Origin: a virus
Strand: one strand, 5' to 3'
IMG/VR virus record: IMGVR_UViG_3300045988_162908
Length of the DNA: 64,000 bases
Shown: piece after piece, positions 42,783 to 52,200 of the stretch
Layout of the letters: the number at the start of each line of letters is the position of its first letter
Position numbering within the stretch: the stretch's first letter is position 1
Made by a program: the position numbers and the translations under genes
The notes under the pieces: model-generated
The model's database searches: none
Told to the model about the DNA's origin: nothing
Seen by the model: the letters and a program-made list of their open reading frames with translations, nothing else

Positions 42783-44075
42783 ATGATTGATGATAATGAA
42801 AACAAGGGTTTAGCCTGGATAAATACTCCTTTTTCACTCACGAAACTGGATAGACAATACTCTCTTTTTCAGCAAAATGTGTTGATGATAACAAGCACGC
42901 ACCTACAGAAGTTTGTAGATGAGTACTTTTTAGAGAAAAGGCAGTTGGGCGATGCTCGTTCTGATTTTCTTTTTGAGCAAGGCGTGGACCATGCTGTGAT
43001 GAATATCCCGCCTATTAAGATAGACATCCATGATTTCATTACTTGCGAGAATATGAGCTATCAGAAGTTGAGATCGGAGCTAAAGACAAGCATTCTCGAT
43101 ATGACGGTGAAGAGTACGCTGCCCGATGGTAGCGATGAGTTTGCTCATATATTCAGCCGCATGAGTATTCCGTCATCGAAGAACGGATATACGACTAAGG
43201 ACGGAAAGAAGGTGAACCGCATATTGGGATATATCACGCTTGAGATTGATCCGAAACTTTCTAAGCGGGTGTTTGATATGGGACAGGGGTATATTCACCA
43301 TATATCTATGATAGCTAAGTTTGCTAAGAATGTGAATACCCCTCGTGTCTATATCTATCTTTTGCGACAGATAGGATTGAGCAGGAGTATGGATATAGCC
43401 GTACCCTTCCTGGAGCTGAAATCTTATCTTGGTTTAGTGGAACTTGATTGTAATAAGAAAGAAATCTTAAAGAATGAATCTGGAGAGCCTGTTATGAACA
43501 AATATCCTAAATTTTCTCAGTTTAGAAAGCAAGTTCTTGATGTGGTATGCAGAGATTTGCAGAGAATGGAAAAGCTATCCCAGACAGATATTGTGTTTGA
43601 CGAATTGAAAGATGAGGATATTATCTATAAATCGGGTAAACGGAAAGGTGATCCGGACTTCATCAGATTTCGCGTGAAGCGCACAGTAGTAGGTGAGAAT
43701 CATTTATCTAAGGATAAAAATACCGATATTGCCGCTACTCTGAATGAGCGATACAAGCAGAACAGCGTACAGAAGACCGGGAAACTGGTAGAGGGTGATA
43801 TATTCGCCCATGTGCATCAGCCTACGGAAAGCAAGATTATAACCGAGAGCGGACAGGGTACCGACAAGTGGAAGGCTTTCTGTAAGCTCATTATAGGCGA
43901 CGCTGAAAAATCACTGGTTTCCCGCATTTCCTTTGTCGGTATGAAGAACGACAGGTTCTGCGTGGAGTGCAGCGATGAGGACTTTGATATGCTTCGAAAG
44001 TTGGGCATCGAGGAAAAAGCTAAGGAGTTCTTTGACTGCAAAGGTTCTTTTGCACCAGTATTCTACCGAGGGTAG
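42783..44075 (+). CDS. plasmid-type replication initiator (Rep_3/RepB-like guess)
   Basis: The ATG at 42783 lies just after the iterons; the tracked GTG start 42735 is inside them. N-terminal ..AWINTPFSLTKLDRQYSLFQQNVLMITSTHL resembles iteron-binding initiators. The position is the strongest evidence. Confidence 0.6.
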   Translation: MIDDNENKGLAWINTPFSLTKLDRQYSLFQQNVLMITSTHLQKFVDEYFLEKRQLGDARSDFLFEQGVDHAVMNIPPIKIDIHDFITCENMSYQKLRSELKTSILDMTVKSTLPDGSDEFAHIFSRMSIPSSKNGYTTKDGKKVNRILGYITLEIDPKLSKRVFDMGQGYIHHISMIAKFAKNVNTPRVYIYLLRQIGLSRSMDIAVPFLELKSYLGLVELDCNKKEILKNESGEPVMNKYPKFSQFRKQVLDVVCRDLQRMEKLSQTDIVFDELKDEDIIYKSGKRKGDPDFIRFRVKRTVVGENHLSKDKNTDIAATLNERYKQNSVQKTGKLVEGDIFAHVHQPTESKIITESGQGTDKWKAFCKLIIGDAEKSLVSRISFVGMKNDRFCVECSDEDFDMLRKLGIEEKAKEFFDCKGSFAPVFYRG

Positions 44076-44079
44076 TCCT

Positions 44080-44250
44080 AAAGGTAAAAAAGTAAAAAGG
44101 TAAAAAGGTAAAAAGAGCCTGGCGGGATATTGCTGTTCTTTTTACCTTTTGCCTTTTATAGCAAGAATATTCTTTTTACTCTTTTACCTTTTTACTCTTA
44201 TCAGCAAGAATGTTCTTTTTACCTTTTTACTCTTTTACCTTTTTACCTTT
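44080..44250. repeat. GGTAAAAA-family array A8, forward and inverted halves
   Basis: Forward 44080-44117; inverted 44136-44250, including two agcaagaatRttcttttt cores. Confidence 0.85.
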
Positions 44251-44257
44251 AAAATTC

Positions 44258-44294
44258 TTTGTCCTTCCCATTTATTTCTTTCTTTGTATCTTTG
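44258..44294 (+). promoter_or_regulatory. promoter (-33 TTTG / -7 TATCTTTG, long spacer)
   Basis: TTTG 44258-44261 and TATCTTTG 44287-44294, 29 nt before the 44323 start. Confidence 0.5.
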
Positions 44295-44322
44295 CACCAG
44301 AAAAATTAAGAAATGAATACGT

Positions 44323-44934
44323 ATGAAACGGAAAGAGATTATACTACTACTGATGATGTCGGTAGTGATGGTGCTTACAGGCTGCGCTTCTTCTCGTCGA
44401 GTGACTGATATGAGTCACCAGGAAGTGAAGGACAGCATGAGGACAGAGCAGACGGATAGTGTACGCAAGACGGTGGTATCATCGGATAGCGTGCAGAAAA
44501 GTACACAATCGACGGTGCAGGTATCGTCTTCCACTACTGAAGGTGATAGCCTCTCTGAAACCATCCATGAGCTGATAACTGAGACCACGGATGCGCAAGG
44601 CAACAAGACGACCACCACGGATAGGACTATCCAGCGCAATTATGGCTCACAGAAACAAAGCAGTTCTCAGTTAACTGCCAACCACCAACGGCATGAAATT
44701 AAACAGATGCAGCAGAGCGTGGATAGTATTGCACTAAGCGATAAGCGTGATGTGGGTACACACTGGGCAATCAACGACAGTTTATCGGATAGGCAGGAGA
44801 AGAATACGGAAGATGTCAAAAGACAGTCTTTCATTGAAAAAGCATCCAAGAATGCCTTCGCTCTATTCGTCATTCTGGTCATCGTTCTGGTACTTACATC
44901 ATTCAAAAAACATACAGACAATGGGAAAGGGTAA
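44323..44934 (+). CDS. lipoprotein with C-terminal TM helix (203 aa)
   Basis: ..MVLTGCASS lipobox, S/T/Q-rich body, ..AFALFVILVIVLVLTSF near the C-terminus. Confidence 0.65.
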   Translation: MKRKEIILLLMMSVVMVLTGCASSRRVTDMSHQEVKDSMRTEQTDSVRKTVVSSDSVQKSTQSTVQVSSSTTEGDSLSETIHELITETTDAQGNKTTTTDRTIQRNYGSQKQSSSQLTANHQRHEIKQMQQSVDSIALSDKRDVGTHWAINDSLSDRQEKNTEDVKRQSFIEKASKNAFALFVILVIVLVLTSFKKHTDNGKG

Positions 44935-45229
44935 AAGAGGAAATGATTTTGACGGAATCGACAATAGCGATCAGGCGCAAGTAACCTTAGACGATTTCGT
45001 TATTCCGGCTAAGATAACGGCATTCTGCAATCAGTATGCGCCATTGGATCATTGGACGGAAGATTGCGATACCTATACCGACTACCAGTTGAGGAGCTAC
45101 TTCAAGGCGGTGGTCTGTCCGTTAGGCGACCCGTTGAGTCTGTATCTGCAGGAGTTGAGTTATCACGGCTTTAAGATGCACAACGATGAAAGTGGTGAGC
45201 CGGTCATTTATTGTAAGGCAAAGTTTTAA
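44921..45229 (+). CDS. hypothetical protein (102 aa)
   Basis: The ATG at 44921 within ORF 44747..45229 overlaps the upstream gene by 14 nt. Confidence 0.5.
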   Translation: MGKGKRGNDFDGIDNSDQAQVTLDDFVIPAKITAFCNQYAPLDHWTEDCDTYTDYQLRSYFKAVVCPLGDPLSLYLQELSYHGFKMHNDESGEPVIYCKAKF

Positions 45230-45248
45230 TTATCAAAATAAAGGATTT

Positions 45249-45830
45249 ATGGGAAAGAACAACAGACCTCACGTTTATCTCAAGGTAAGTGAGGAAAGCG
45301 AGACAGGTAAGAAGTTGCAAAGCTTTATTGATGATTGCAATAGGGTGAGTGAAACGGCAAGAGCCTGGGTGGAAAAGCAGGGTGGAGATACCTACTTTGA
45401 GTCGGTGGCTGGCATGGCTGGCGGTGTAGCGATGGTAGAGTTCAAGAATACCATCAGCAAGCCTGGATGGAAGAATATAGAAATCCCTAACGTGGAGGGC
45501 ATCGAGCGAACTCCTTATTTTGTTCCAGAACCTGATAGTGCGTTGGAGAAGGAAATGATGGCGCTGCCTGTTGTGAGCGAAATGAACCTGATAGGTATGC
45601 TGCAGCTCAAGCCTATTGAGGAAAAAGATAAGGATGGCAATCCTATCAAGGACCAGGACGGGAACGCAGTCATTCTTCCGTTCTCTTTCGGTGATACGGC
45701 TCCTGCCTTGTTCAAGTATCGTGGTTTCTGGTACACGGATGTGCCTTATGAGAGCCTGTCAGACGATTGTCAGGTAATCACAGAGAAGGAATTTTATCGC
45801 CGCAGAATGTCGGCAACAAATAAATCATAA
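45249..45830 (+). CDS. hypothetical protein (193 aa)
   Basis: First ATG within ORF 45186..45830. Confidence 0.6.
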   Translation: MGKNNRPHVYLKVSEESETGKKLQSFIDDCNRVSETARAWVEKQGGDTYFESVAGMAGGVAMVEFKNTISKPGWKNIEIPNVEGIERTPYFVPEPDSALEKEMMALPVVSEMNLIGMLQLKPIEEKDKDGNPIKDQDGNAVILPFSFGDTAPALFKYRGFWYTDVPYESLSDDCQVITEKEFYRRRMSATNKS

Positions 45831-45981
45831 AGTGATCGTGAGATTATTCTTTTTCTTAGAAGCGTTCTAATCGAATTTTAGAAATGATCTTAATTTTTTA
45901 TTATGTTTTTTATTATTAGTTAGATTTTTTATTATCTTCTTGGTCGCCTATCCATCACGGACGGGCGACCTTTTTTTTTGT

Positions 45982-46674
45982 TTATTTATCATCGTGCATC
46001 AGTGGGTCGGCAGCCATACCGACATTGCCAGAGCCATATCTTGCATCAGTCATGCTGAGTATGCGGTGGGTGAGGGTGGCAATCTCTCGTTGCTGTTCTG
46101 CAATGAGCGTCTGTTGCCCTGCCATCTGTTTCTGTTGCTCTGCGATAATATCGAGCATCTTGTTAAGCGTTGATAGGCTCACGTCTGATTCCTTTTCTGG
46201 AAGAGACTGATTGATGAAAGCATGATGAGCAGATGATGACTGATGGATGTCTCCAGTCTGAACATTCTGCCTATAGGCCTTGATGTTTGTCAGTCCGGGT
46301 ATGATGGATTTCATGCGATCCACATCCATAGGATCACGCAGGGCACGACCGCCGTTAGGTCGTCTCTCATTTTGTGAGATATAGCCGCCATTCGGTTCAA
46401 ACTGGTCATTAATGTCTGGTTGCACATAGTCAAGTTCATCTATGCTTTTATCGTATTTAGCATCCGTATCAACGATGAAAGCGGTGATAGGTACCTGGAA
46501 CGTATTGCAGAATCGCAGGAGTTGGATAGTAGGGATAGGGGCTTTCATTCTTTCCCAATTACCCAGCCTCGTATTGCTTGTTGTACCTATGGCATGAAGA
46601 ATCTGCCTATCCGTAATATCTCTATTCGCTTTTATCCATTTTTCGAGGAAGCTATAATTATAACAATATTTCAT
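45982..46674 (-). CDS. HTH regulator with C-terminal coiled coil (repressor-like)
   Basis: ATG at Met14 of ORF 45982..46713. ..ITDRQILHAIGTTSNTRLGNWERMKAPIPTIQLLRFCNTFQVPITAF is HTH-like. Q-rich ..IIAEQQKQMAGQQTLIAEQQREIATL. Divergent from 46842. Confidence 0.65.
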   Translation of the reverse strand: MKYCYNYSFLEKWIKANRDITDRQILHAIGTTSNTRLGNWERMKAPIPTIQLLRFCNTFQVPITAFIVDTDAKYDKSIDELDYVQPDINDQFEPNGGYISQNERRPNGGRALRDPMDVDRMKSIIPGLTNIKAYRQNVQTGDIHQSSSAHHAFINQSLPEKESDVSLSTLNKMLDIIAEQQKQMAGQQTLIAEQQREIATLTHRILSMTDARYGSGNVGMAADPLMHDDK

Positions 46675-46729
46675 ATCACTAATAATTAAAAAGGTGAATA
46701 ACTCTAAAAACACACTCTAAACTAAATAT

Positions 46730-46782
46730 TATACGTAACCTATGTTAAATTCCCCTAATTTTAAAAGAAAAATATACGTAAC
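46730..46782 (+). repeat. two TATACGTAAC boxes (operator candidates)
   Basis: 46730-46739 and 46773-46782. The second abuts the -33 of the rightward promoter. Confidence 0.55.
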
Positions 46783-46783
46783 G

Positions 46784-46815
46784 TTTGTTTATTTCAATTT
46801 TAATCTTTAAATTTG
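46784..46815 (+). promoter_or_regulatory. canonical Bacteroidota promoter
   Basis: TTTG 46784-46787, 20 nt spacer, TAAATTTG 46808-46815, 27 nt before ATG 46842. Confidence 0.65.
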
Positions 46816-46841
46816 CAACAAATTTAAGAAATTTAATTGAA

Positions 46842-47351
46842 ATGACAAAGGAAATTATAGAAAAAGTTACGCAGCAGAACAATTCGTTAGACGTTAACGA
46901 CCTAAATGCTGAAGAGAAGAAGAATTTAGCTGAGTTTTTATCGGCTAAGGGCTTCACTGACTCTACTTTTTACCTTCGATTCTTTCAGAAAGGTTTCGAT
47001 GCTTGGGAAATTCTGGGTATTAATAACTGTAAAAGTCAGTTTTTAGGTATGCCTGATATAGGTAAGGTATTACTTGAGTACGTAGAGCGTGATGCCTTGG
47101 GTAACGAGATAGGCGATAAGGGTTATCTCTATACTCTTGCCCAGAGTGATAAGCCGGGTGTATTTTATGCCTGTTTGAAGCAGGCAGCAAACGGCTTATG
47201 TATGAAACTCTACTCCTTCATGGAGGAACGAGGTATGAGTCGTACCACCATCATCAAGCGTTTCTCGTCTGATGACTGGAAAGAGTGGGAAAAGGTAGGC
47301 ATCAAAGCCTTGCTGGAAGAGTTCTTAAAAGGTAAAAAAGTAAAAGAGTAA
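46842..47351 (+). CDS. hypothetical protein (169 aa)
   Basis: The ATG after the promoter is preferred to the tracked 46785. Its last residues, LKGKKVKE, are encoded by repeat array A9. Confidence 0.6.
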   Translation: MTKEIIEKVTQQNNSLDVNDLNAEEKKNLAEFLSAKGFTDSTFYLRFFQKGFDAWEILGINNCKSQFLGMPDIGKVLLEYVERDALGNEIGDKGYLYTLAQSDKPGVFYACLKQAANGLCMKLYSFMEERGMSRTTIIKRFSSDDWKEWEKVGIKALLEEFLKGKKVKE

Positions 47352-47466
47352 AAAGGTAAAAAGCAGTCTTACTGAAAAAGGTAAAAACCTCGCATGAATC
47401 CAGGGAACAAGGAAAAGAAGCAGGAATGCTCTTTTTACCTTTTTACCTTTTTACTTTTTTACTTTT
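47327..47466. repeat. GGTAAAAA-family array A9, forward and inverted halves
   Basis: Forward 47327-47387; inverted 47421-47466 (gcaggaatgctctttttacctttttacctttttacttttttactttt). Confidence 0.85.
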
Positions 47467-47479
47467 CAAAGATGAAACG

Positions 47480-48205
47480 ATGATTGACATAACTATTGAT
47501 TTTGAAACCTGTGCGCTCCCAGCTACCGCAGCCATCATGAGTGTTGGCGCGGTAGCGTGGAAGCGCTACGATACCGAAAATCCGTTCTTCGAGAAAAGTG
47601 ACGGATTGCTGAGGTACCCAACCTTTTCGGCAAACGTCGATTTGCGAAGCTGCTTTGTGAAAGGCTTCACTTTTGACCAGAAAACTGCTGAATGGTGGTC
47701 ACAGCAGAGCGAAGAAGCAAAACAGGCTTTGCTCGATGATGATGATGGGGACAATCCTTGTCTTCCGATAGACGTGGTTATCACGGACTTGCTCGGTTGG
47801 ATAAAGGATGAGGTGCTGGCAACGCTGGGAGATACAGACCTTTGCCTTTGGGCGCAGGGTACTGATTTCGACGTCGCCATACTAAGATATGCCTGCTACA
47901 AGTTGGGCATCGAGTTCAATGTCAAGCATACTCAGTTCCGTGACCATCGCACGTACTATTTGGAGGGTGCGCGTCTCCTATGGGAGGCAAACAATACGTT
48001 TGATCACAATAGTGTTCCTTTTAGTGTTGATTGGGCTTATGGGCAAACTCAAGACTATCAGGATATTGCCGATGACGGTGCAGCTCATGACCCTATCTTT
48101 GATTGCAAGCGCAGTATATATAGCACTTGGCAGATGATGAAGAGAATGCGAGCTTTCCCGATTCGGTTATCTGAACTCGAAAAACAGAATGTCTGCGGGT
48201 CTTGA
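47480..48205 (+). CDS. DEDDh 3'-5' exonuclease
   Basis: ExoI ITIDFETC, ExoII GTDFDVAIL, ExoIII AAHDPIFDC. The ATG at 47480 excludes the repeat-derived LFLPFYLFTF leader of the tracked ORF. Confidence 0.8.
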   Translation: MIDITIDFETCALPATAAIMSVGAVAWKRYDTENPFFEKSDGLLRYPTFSANVDLRSCFVKGFTFDQKTAEWWSQQSEEAKQALLDDDDGDNPCLPIDVVITDLLGWIKDEVLATLGDTDLCLWAQGTDFDVAILRYACYKLGIEFNVKHTQFRDHRTYYLEGARLLWEANNTFDHNSVPFSVDWAYGQTQDYQDIADDGAAHDPIFDCKRSIYSTWQMMKRMRAFPIRLSELEKQNVCGS

Positions 48206-48226
48206 CGTTTTATTGCAGCAAGAGTT

Positions 48227-48649
48227 ATGAAAAGAAGATACGACTATCTGGGCATGAAATATACGCCCAATAGACAACATCTGAAGGCATCGGGGCAAAG
48301 GTCTAAACATGCCTTTATTCATCGCATCGCTTACACCGAGACGATGAGAGGCATCAGGGATGATATTCCCACCTTGCTCTTCTATGCTCCATTCGCATTA
48401 TGCTATGATGCTGCCCAATACATCTATGATATTCTGAAGAATCACGTAGAAGATATTCGGGTTGTTCCCTCGCACAGTTGCCGTGTCAAGAACGGCAAAT
48501 GCTACTGGAGAACAGAGGTGCAGGTAATAGGGCTGAATACGGAGCTTTTGAACTTTGAGAGCTTCACCAGAATGCTGATACATCGGATGCAGGTTATCTG
48601 CAACTGCAAGATACGGCATCTGAAACTTGAGACATTTTTGAACACATAG
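48227..48649 (+). CDS. hypothetical protein (140 aa)
   Basis: Co-oriented ORF followed by a terminator. Confidence 0.55.
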   Translation: MKRRYDYLGMKYTPNRQHLKASGQRSKHAFIHRIAYTETMRGIRDDIPTLLFYAPFALCYDAAQYIYDILKNHVEDIRVVPSHSCRVKNGKCYWRTEVQVIGLNTELLNFESFTRMLIHRMQVICNCKIRHLKLETFLNT

Positions 48650-48696
48650 CAACATTTTTACTCATATAACATTTATCATACAAAAGTTGTACTGAA

Positions 48697-48730
48697 AAAA
48701 GCTCCTTCGTTGGGAAACGCGGGAGTTTTT
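48697..48730 (+). terminator. intrinsic terminator
   Basis: aaaagctcc..cgtt-ggga-aacg..ggagttttt. Confidence 0.6.
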
Positions 48731-49281
48731 AAATATGAGTAACGACGTGTTTTGATACGTTCCGAATGTTTATTTTTTTTAGACAACCGAGCCATCGGTG
48801 AAATGGCAGGAAGACCGGAAGGGCGATAGTGGTGCGGTAGAGGATAATCCCTGCCACCACAATAAACGGCTCTCAAAACGACGCAGGAATAGTCTGATTA
48901 AAAAGCCTGAGAATCCTGTTTCAAAAAGTGACCGTGAAATTTGGCGTGTCGCCCGAGGTCTTCTTTATAGTGTGAAATAATGATATTGACGAATAGACCC
49001 ATGAGAGGCGAAGGATGGCAGTAATGCGTCCTGAACTCGTTCATACGCGATCCTGTGCCCGAAATAGCAATGATACCTGAATGGATAGGTGGGAGATGTA
49101 TCAATTTTACATAATTTTATGTGTCGTGGCATTACTGATACATTCCTATTGAGGCGCTCGGACAGGTACATAGCTGGAGGCTTATAACACTGGAAAGCAG
49201 GGTCGTCATCACTTAAGTTTGGCCTCGCCTATCTCATTGGGTCTATTTTCGTCGATACTATAAATATACGATAGTAAGAAA

Positions 49282-52200
49282 ATGATATATCATCCTATAA
49301 TCAACCAGCTTGCCAATCTCGACATGGCTTTCCTTGTGAAGCCTGCCGATGAGCAGCATATAGCGAATCAGACTGCCTGCTTCTGCCCGTTCTGTCAGAA
49401 GAAGGCGGATGATGGTATGGATGATAGCGATACACCTGCCCAACAGACTCCGCATTTCATTATCTATAATAATGAGCGAGGCGGTATGTACGACGGTGTG
49501 GGTGTGGATGACGACAACCAGGCAGGGCATGGAGCCTTGCGCTGGATGTGTACCAAGACCGGCAAAAGCGGTTATGGAGCATTGGAACTCTATGCTGCCA
49601 TGCGCAACCTGCCGATGCACGGGGCAAGTCTTTTGCGCCTATGCCATGACCTCGTGGTGAGGGTGTATGGCGACAATGAGAAGACAAGGGTCAAATGGCC
49701 GATGCTCTTTGCTAAGATGGACTATCGTACCATTGCCACACAAACTATTGAGACGTTTTCATTTTTACCAAAAGTTGACTTCAATCCCCAGGAGCTCGCA
49801 GCTTTGGGGTGCGATGTCACAATGGTAAAGGGAATCCCTCAATTTGGGTTTGGTAAGGATTTCAGCACGACCATGCTGAATGATGATTTCCGCATCTATG
49901 CCGTGGATAAAGTGACCTTGCCCAACGTGGTGAGAAACGGGCAATTAGCGAGTGAGGTGATCTATGGTACTCCATGGAACCCTCTTTTCGTCTGCTTCGC
50001 TACAGACGTGATAGCGCCTCAAGGCAGTTGCGGATGTTTCTTCCGTCCGGCTATGCAGCAAGACCCGATAGTCTTCTCTACCTGTGAGGATCATAGCGTA
50101 AGAAAGGTGAGCAAGTGGCTGATGGGTGATAAGGTTTTCACTTATGCGATGGACCATCGGAGTAACAACTCTACTGCCGTTCATTCGGCAATAGAAAAAC
50201 TGCAACCCGATGAGCCTTATACAGAGACTAAGGAGATATGGGTAGAGAATGAAACGAAGGAAGGAGCGCCGAAAGGTACTTATCATAGCGAAGAGGAACC
50301 CATAGAAGTGGGTGACATCAAGGCGCAGAATATCGTATTCTGCAGAACACCGGAAGACGCATTGAGTATCTATTACGCCATGCGTTCCCTGCGTCAGGAT
50401 AAGGCGCAGGACAGCCATTTTCAGAAATACTGCTGGTACCACGTAGCCTTCTCGCTTGGCAGAAGAAACTTCTGGTATATCGAGCGGGGGCAGTGGAGGC
50501 AGGAAAAGCTCGACTTCAATGCTGTGCAGTATCAGAAGATGAAGCGATTTGCCGAGAGGGTCATCATGCTTTACCCTAACGACATCGCCAGCCAGAGGGA
50601 TTGTGGAGCCATCGCAACCAAGTATTGCGATATTTGCTATGCTACATTGCCAGATGGCTTTAGAAGTAGATATAACCAAAGGTGGAACTGGTTGTATGGT
50701 TGCTCACCACGAAGCGTGAGAGATTATCTGATGTGCTATCACATGGATGATGCCGACAACTTCAAGTTCGACCACGATATAAGGTTGCCGCTATACTCAA
50801 GACTGCGAGGTGCCAACAATACGGACCCATTCGAGATAGAATATCCCCGTGACCCTCGAAGTGGCAAACCAAAACCGCCTACCTGTAAGGTATCGCCTAC
50901 TAAGGTTTGGCTTTTTATGACGTGCCATGGATATTACAGAATGATAGACCCTGAGAGTACCGACCTTGTAGGTCAGTATATCCATCTGGATAGATGTTTC
51001 GTTGAATACATCGACCAGAAGAGTATCATTCAGGCAACGAAGACCCAACTCCTGCAGTTTACAGAACAGAGTTGGCGGCATAATAACCAGGAGCGCAAGA
51101 TGATGTCAGACTGCGCCAACCTGATAGACAAGAATTTCAGCGAGAAATCGGCTGGCGGCTTGCAGGGTATGGTGATAGACTTCACCGAAAGTTTCGATGC
51201 TCATACGGAATATTTCTTCTTCCGCAATGTGGCGTTGAAGATTACTCCCGAAGTCATCATGCCAGTCAGCTACGACCGCCTGAATTTCTTTATCCCAGCC
51301 TTGGCAAAGAAACCGTATGATTTCACGATGAGGGTGTTCAATCCTCCTTTCGTAATCAGCGAGAGTCAGGAATATAAGGATAGGGTAGCAGCCATCGCCC
51401 AAGAGGAAGCGCAGGTTAACGAGGACGGTTCACCGGTCTTTTCAAGAGAGGAAATCGACCAGAAAAAAGCTGAGCTTAAAGACTGGGCGCAGACCTTCCG
51501 CTGGCAAGTGGACTGGCAAGGCAAGCAGGAAAAAGAACTTTGGCCGATACTGAGAGTGATTCGAGGCTGCTGCAATATGCAGTGGCGACTGGAGCAGGAT
51601 TGCATTCGCAACAAAGAACCGATGTCTGCCGAAGCCATCGCCGACATCAACTCCCATTTTGCCAACATGATTTCCTGTTTGGGAAGAATCTGCTATCGCT
51701 CATGGGCCAACATGCAGAGTATCTGCCCTTATCTCCTCGAAGATGAGGTGGAGGACGAGAAGCAGGCAAGTGGTGGTTCGGGTAAATCACTCATGGTGAA
51801 TCTCGTGGTAGGTTCAGCAGTGAATATACTTCGTGTCGATATGAAGGACTTCATAACGATAGCCGATGCAAAGTTCAGCCTGTCTGACTTGTTGATATAT
51901 CCAGGCAAGTTTAGAGTAGTGCATTGGGAAGATAAGCCTTCTGGTTTCCCGATGAAATACTTCTATAATAAGGTAACGGCGGGAGCCAAGGTAGAACGAA
52001 AGTTCGGCGACCCTATCGTCTTCAAGCTGGAAGAATCACCGTTAAACGTGATTACCAGTAACTCGCAGTTGAGTGATGACGATGAGAGTACCATCGGACG
52101 TTTTCCACTGGTATCATTATCTGATAGATTCTGCCGTGATAACCCTATGCAGCATAAGGTGGCGCGTTCCCCAAAGGAAGTGATGAAAAATCTCGTGACA

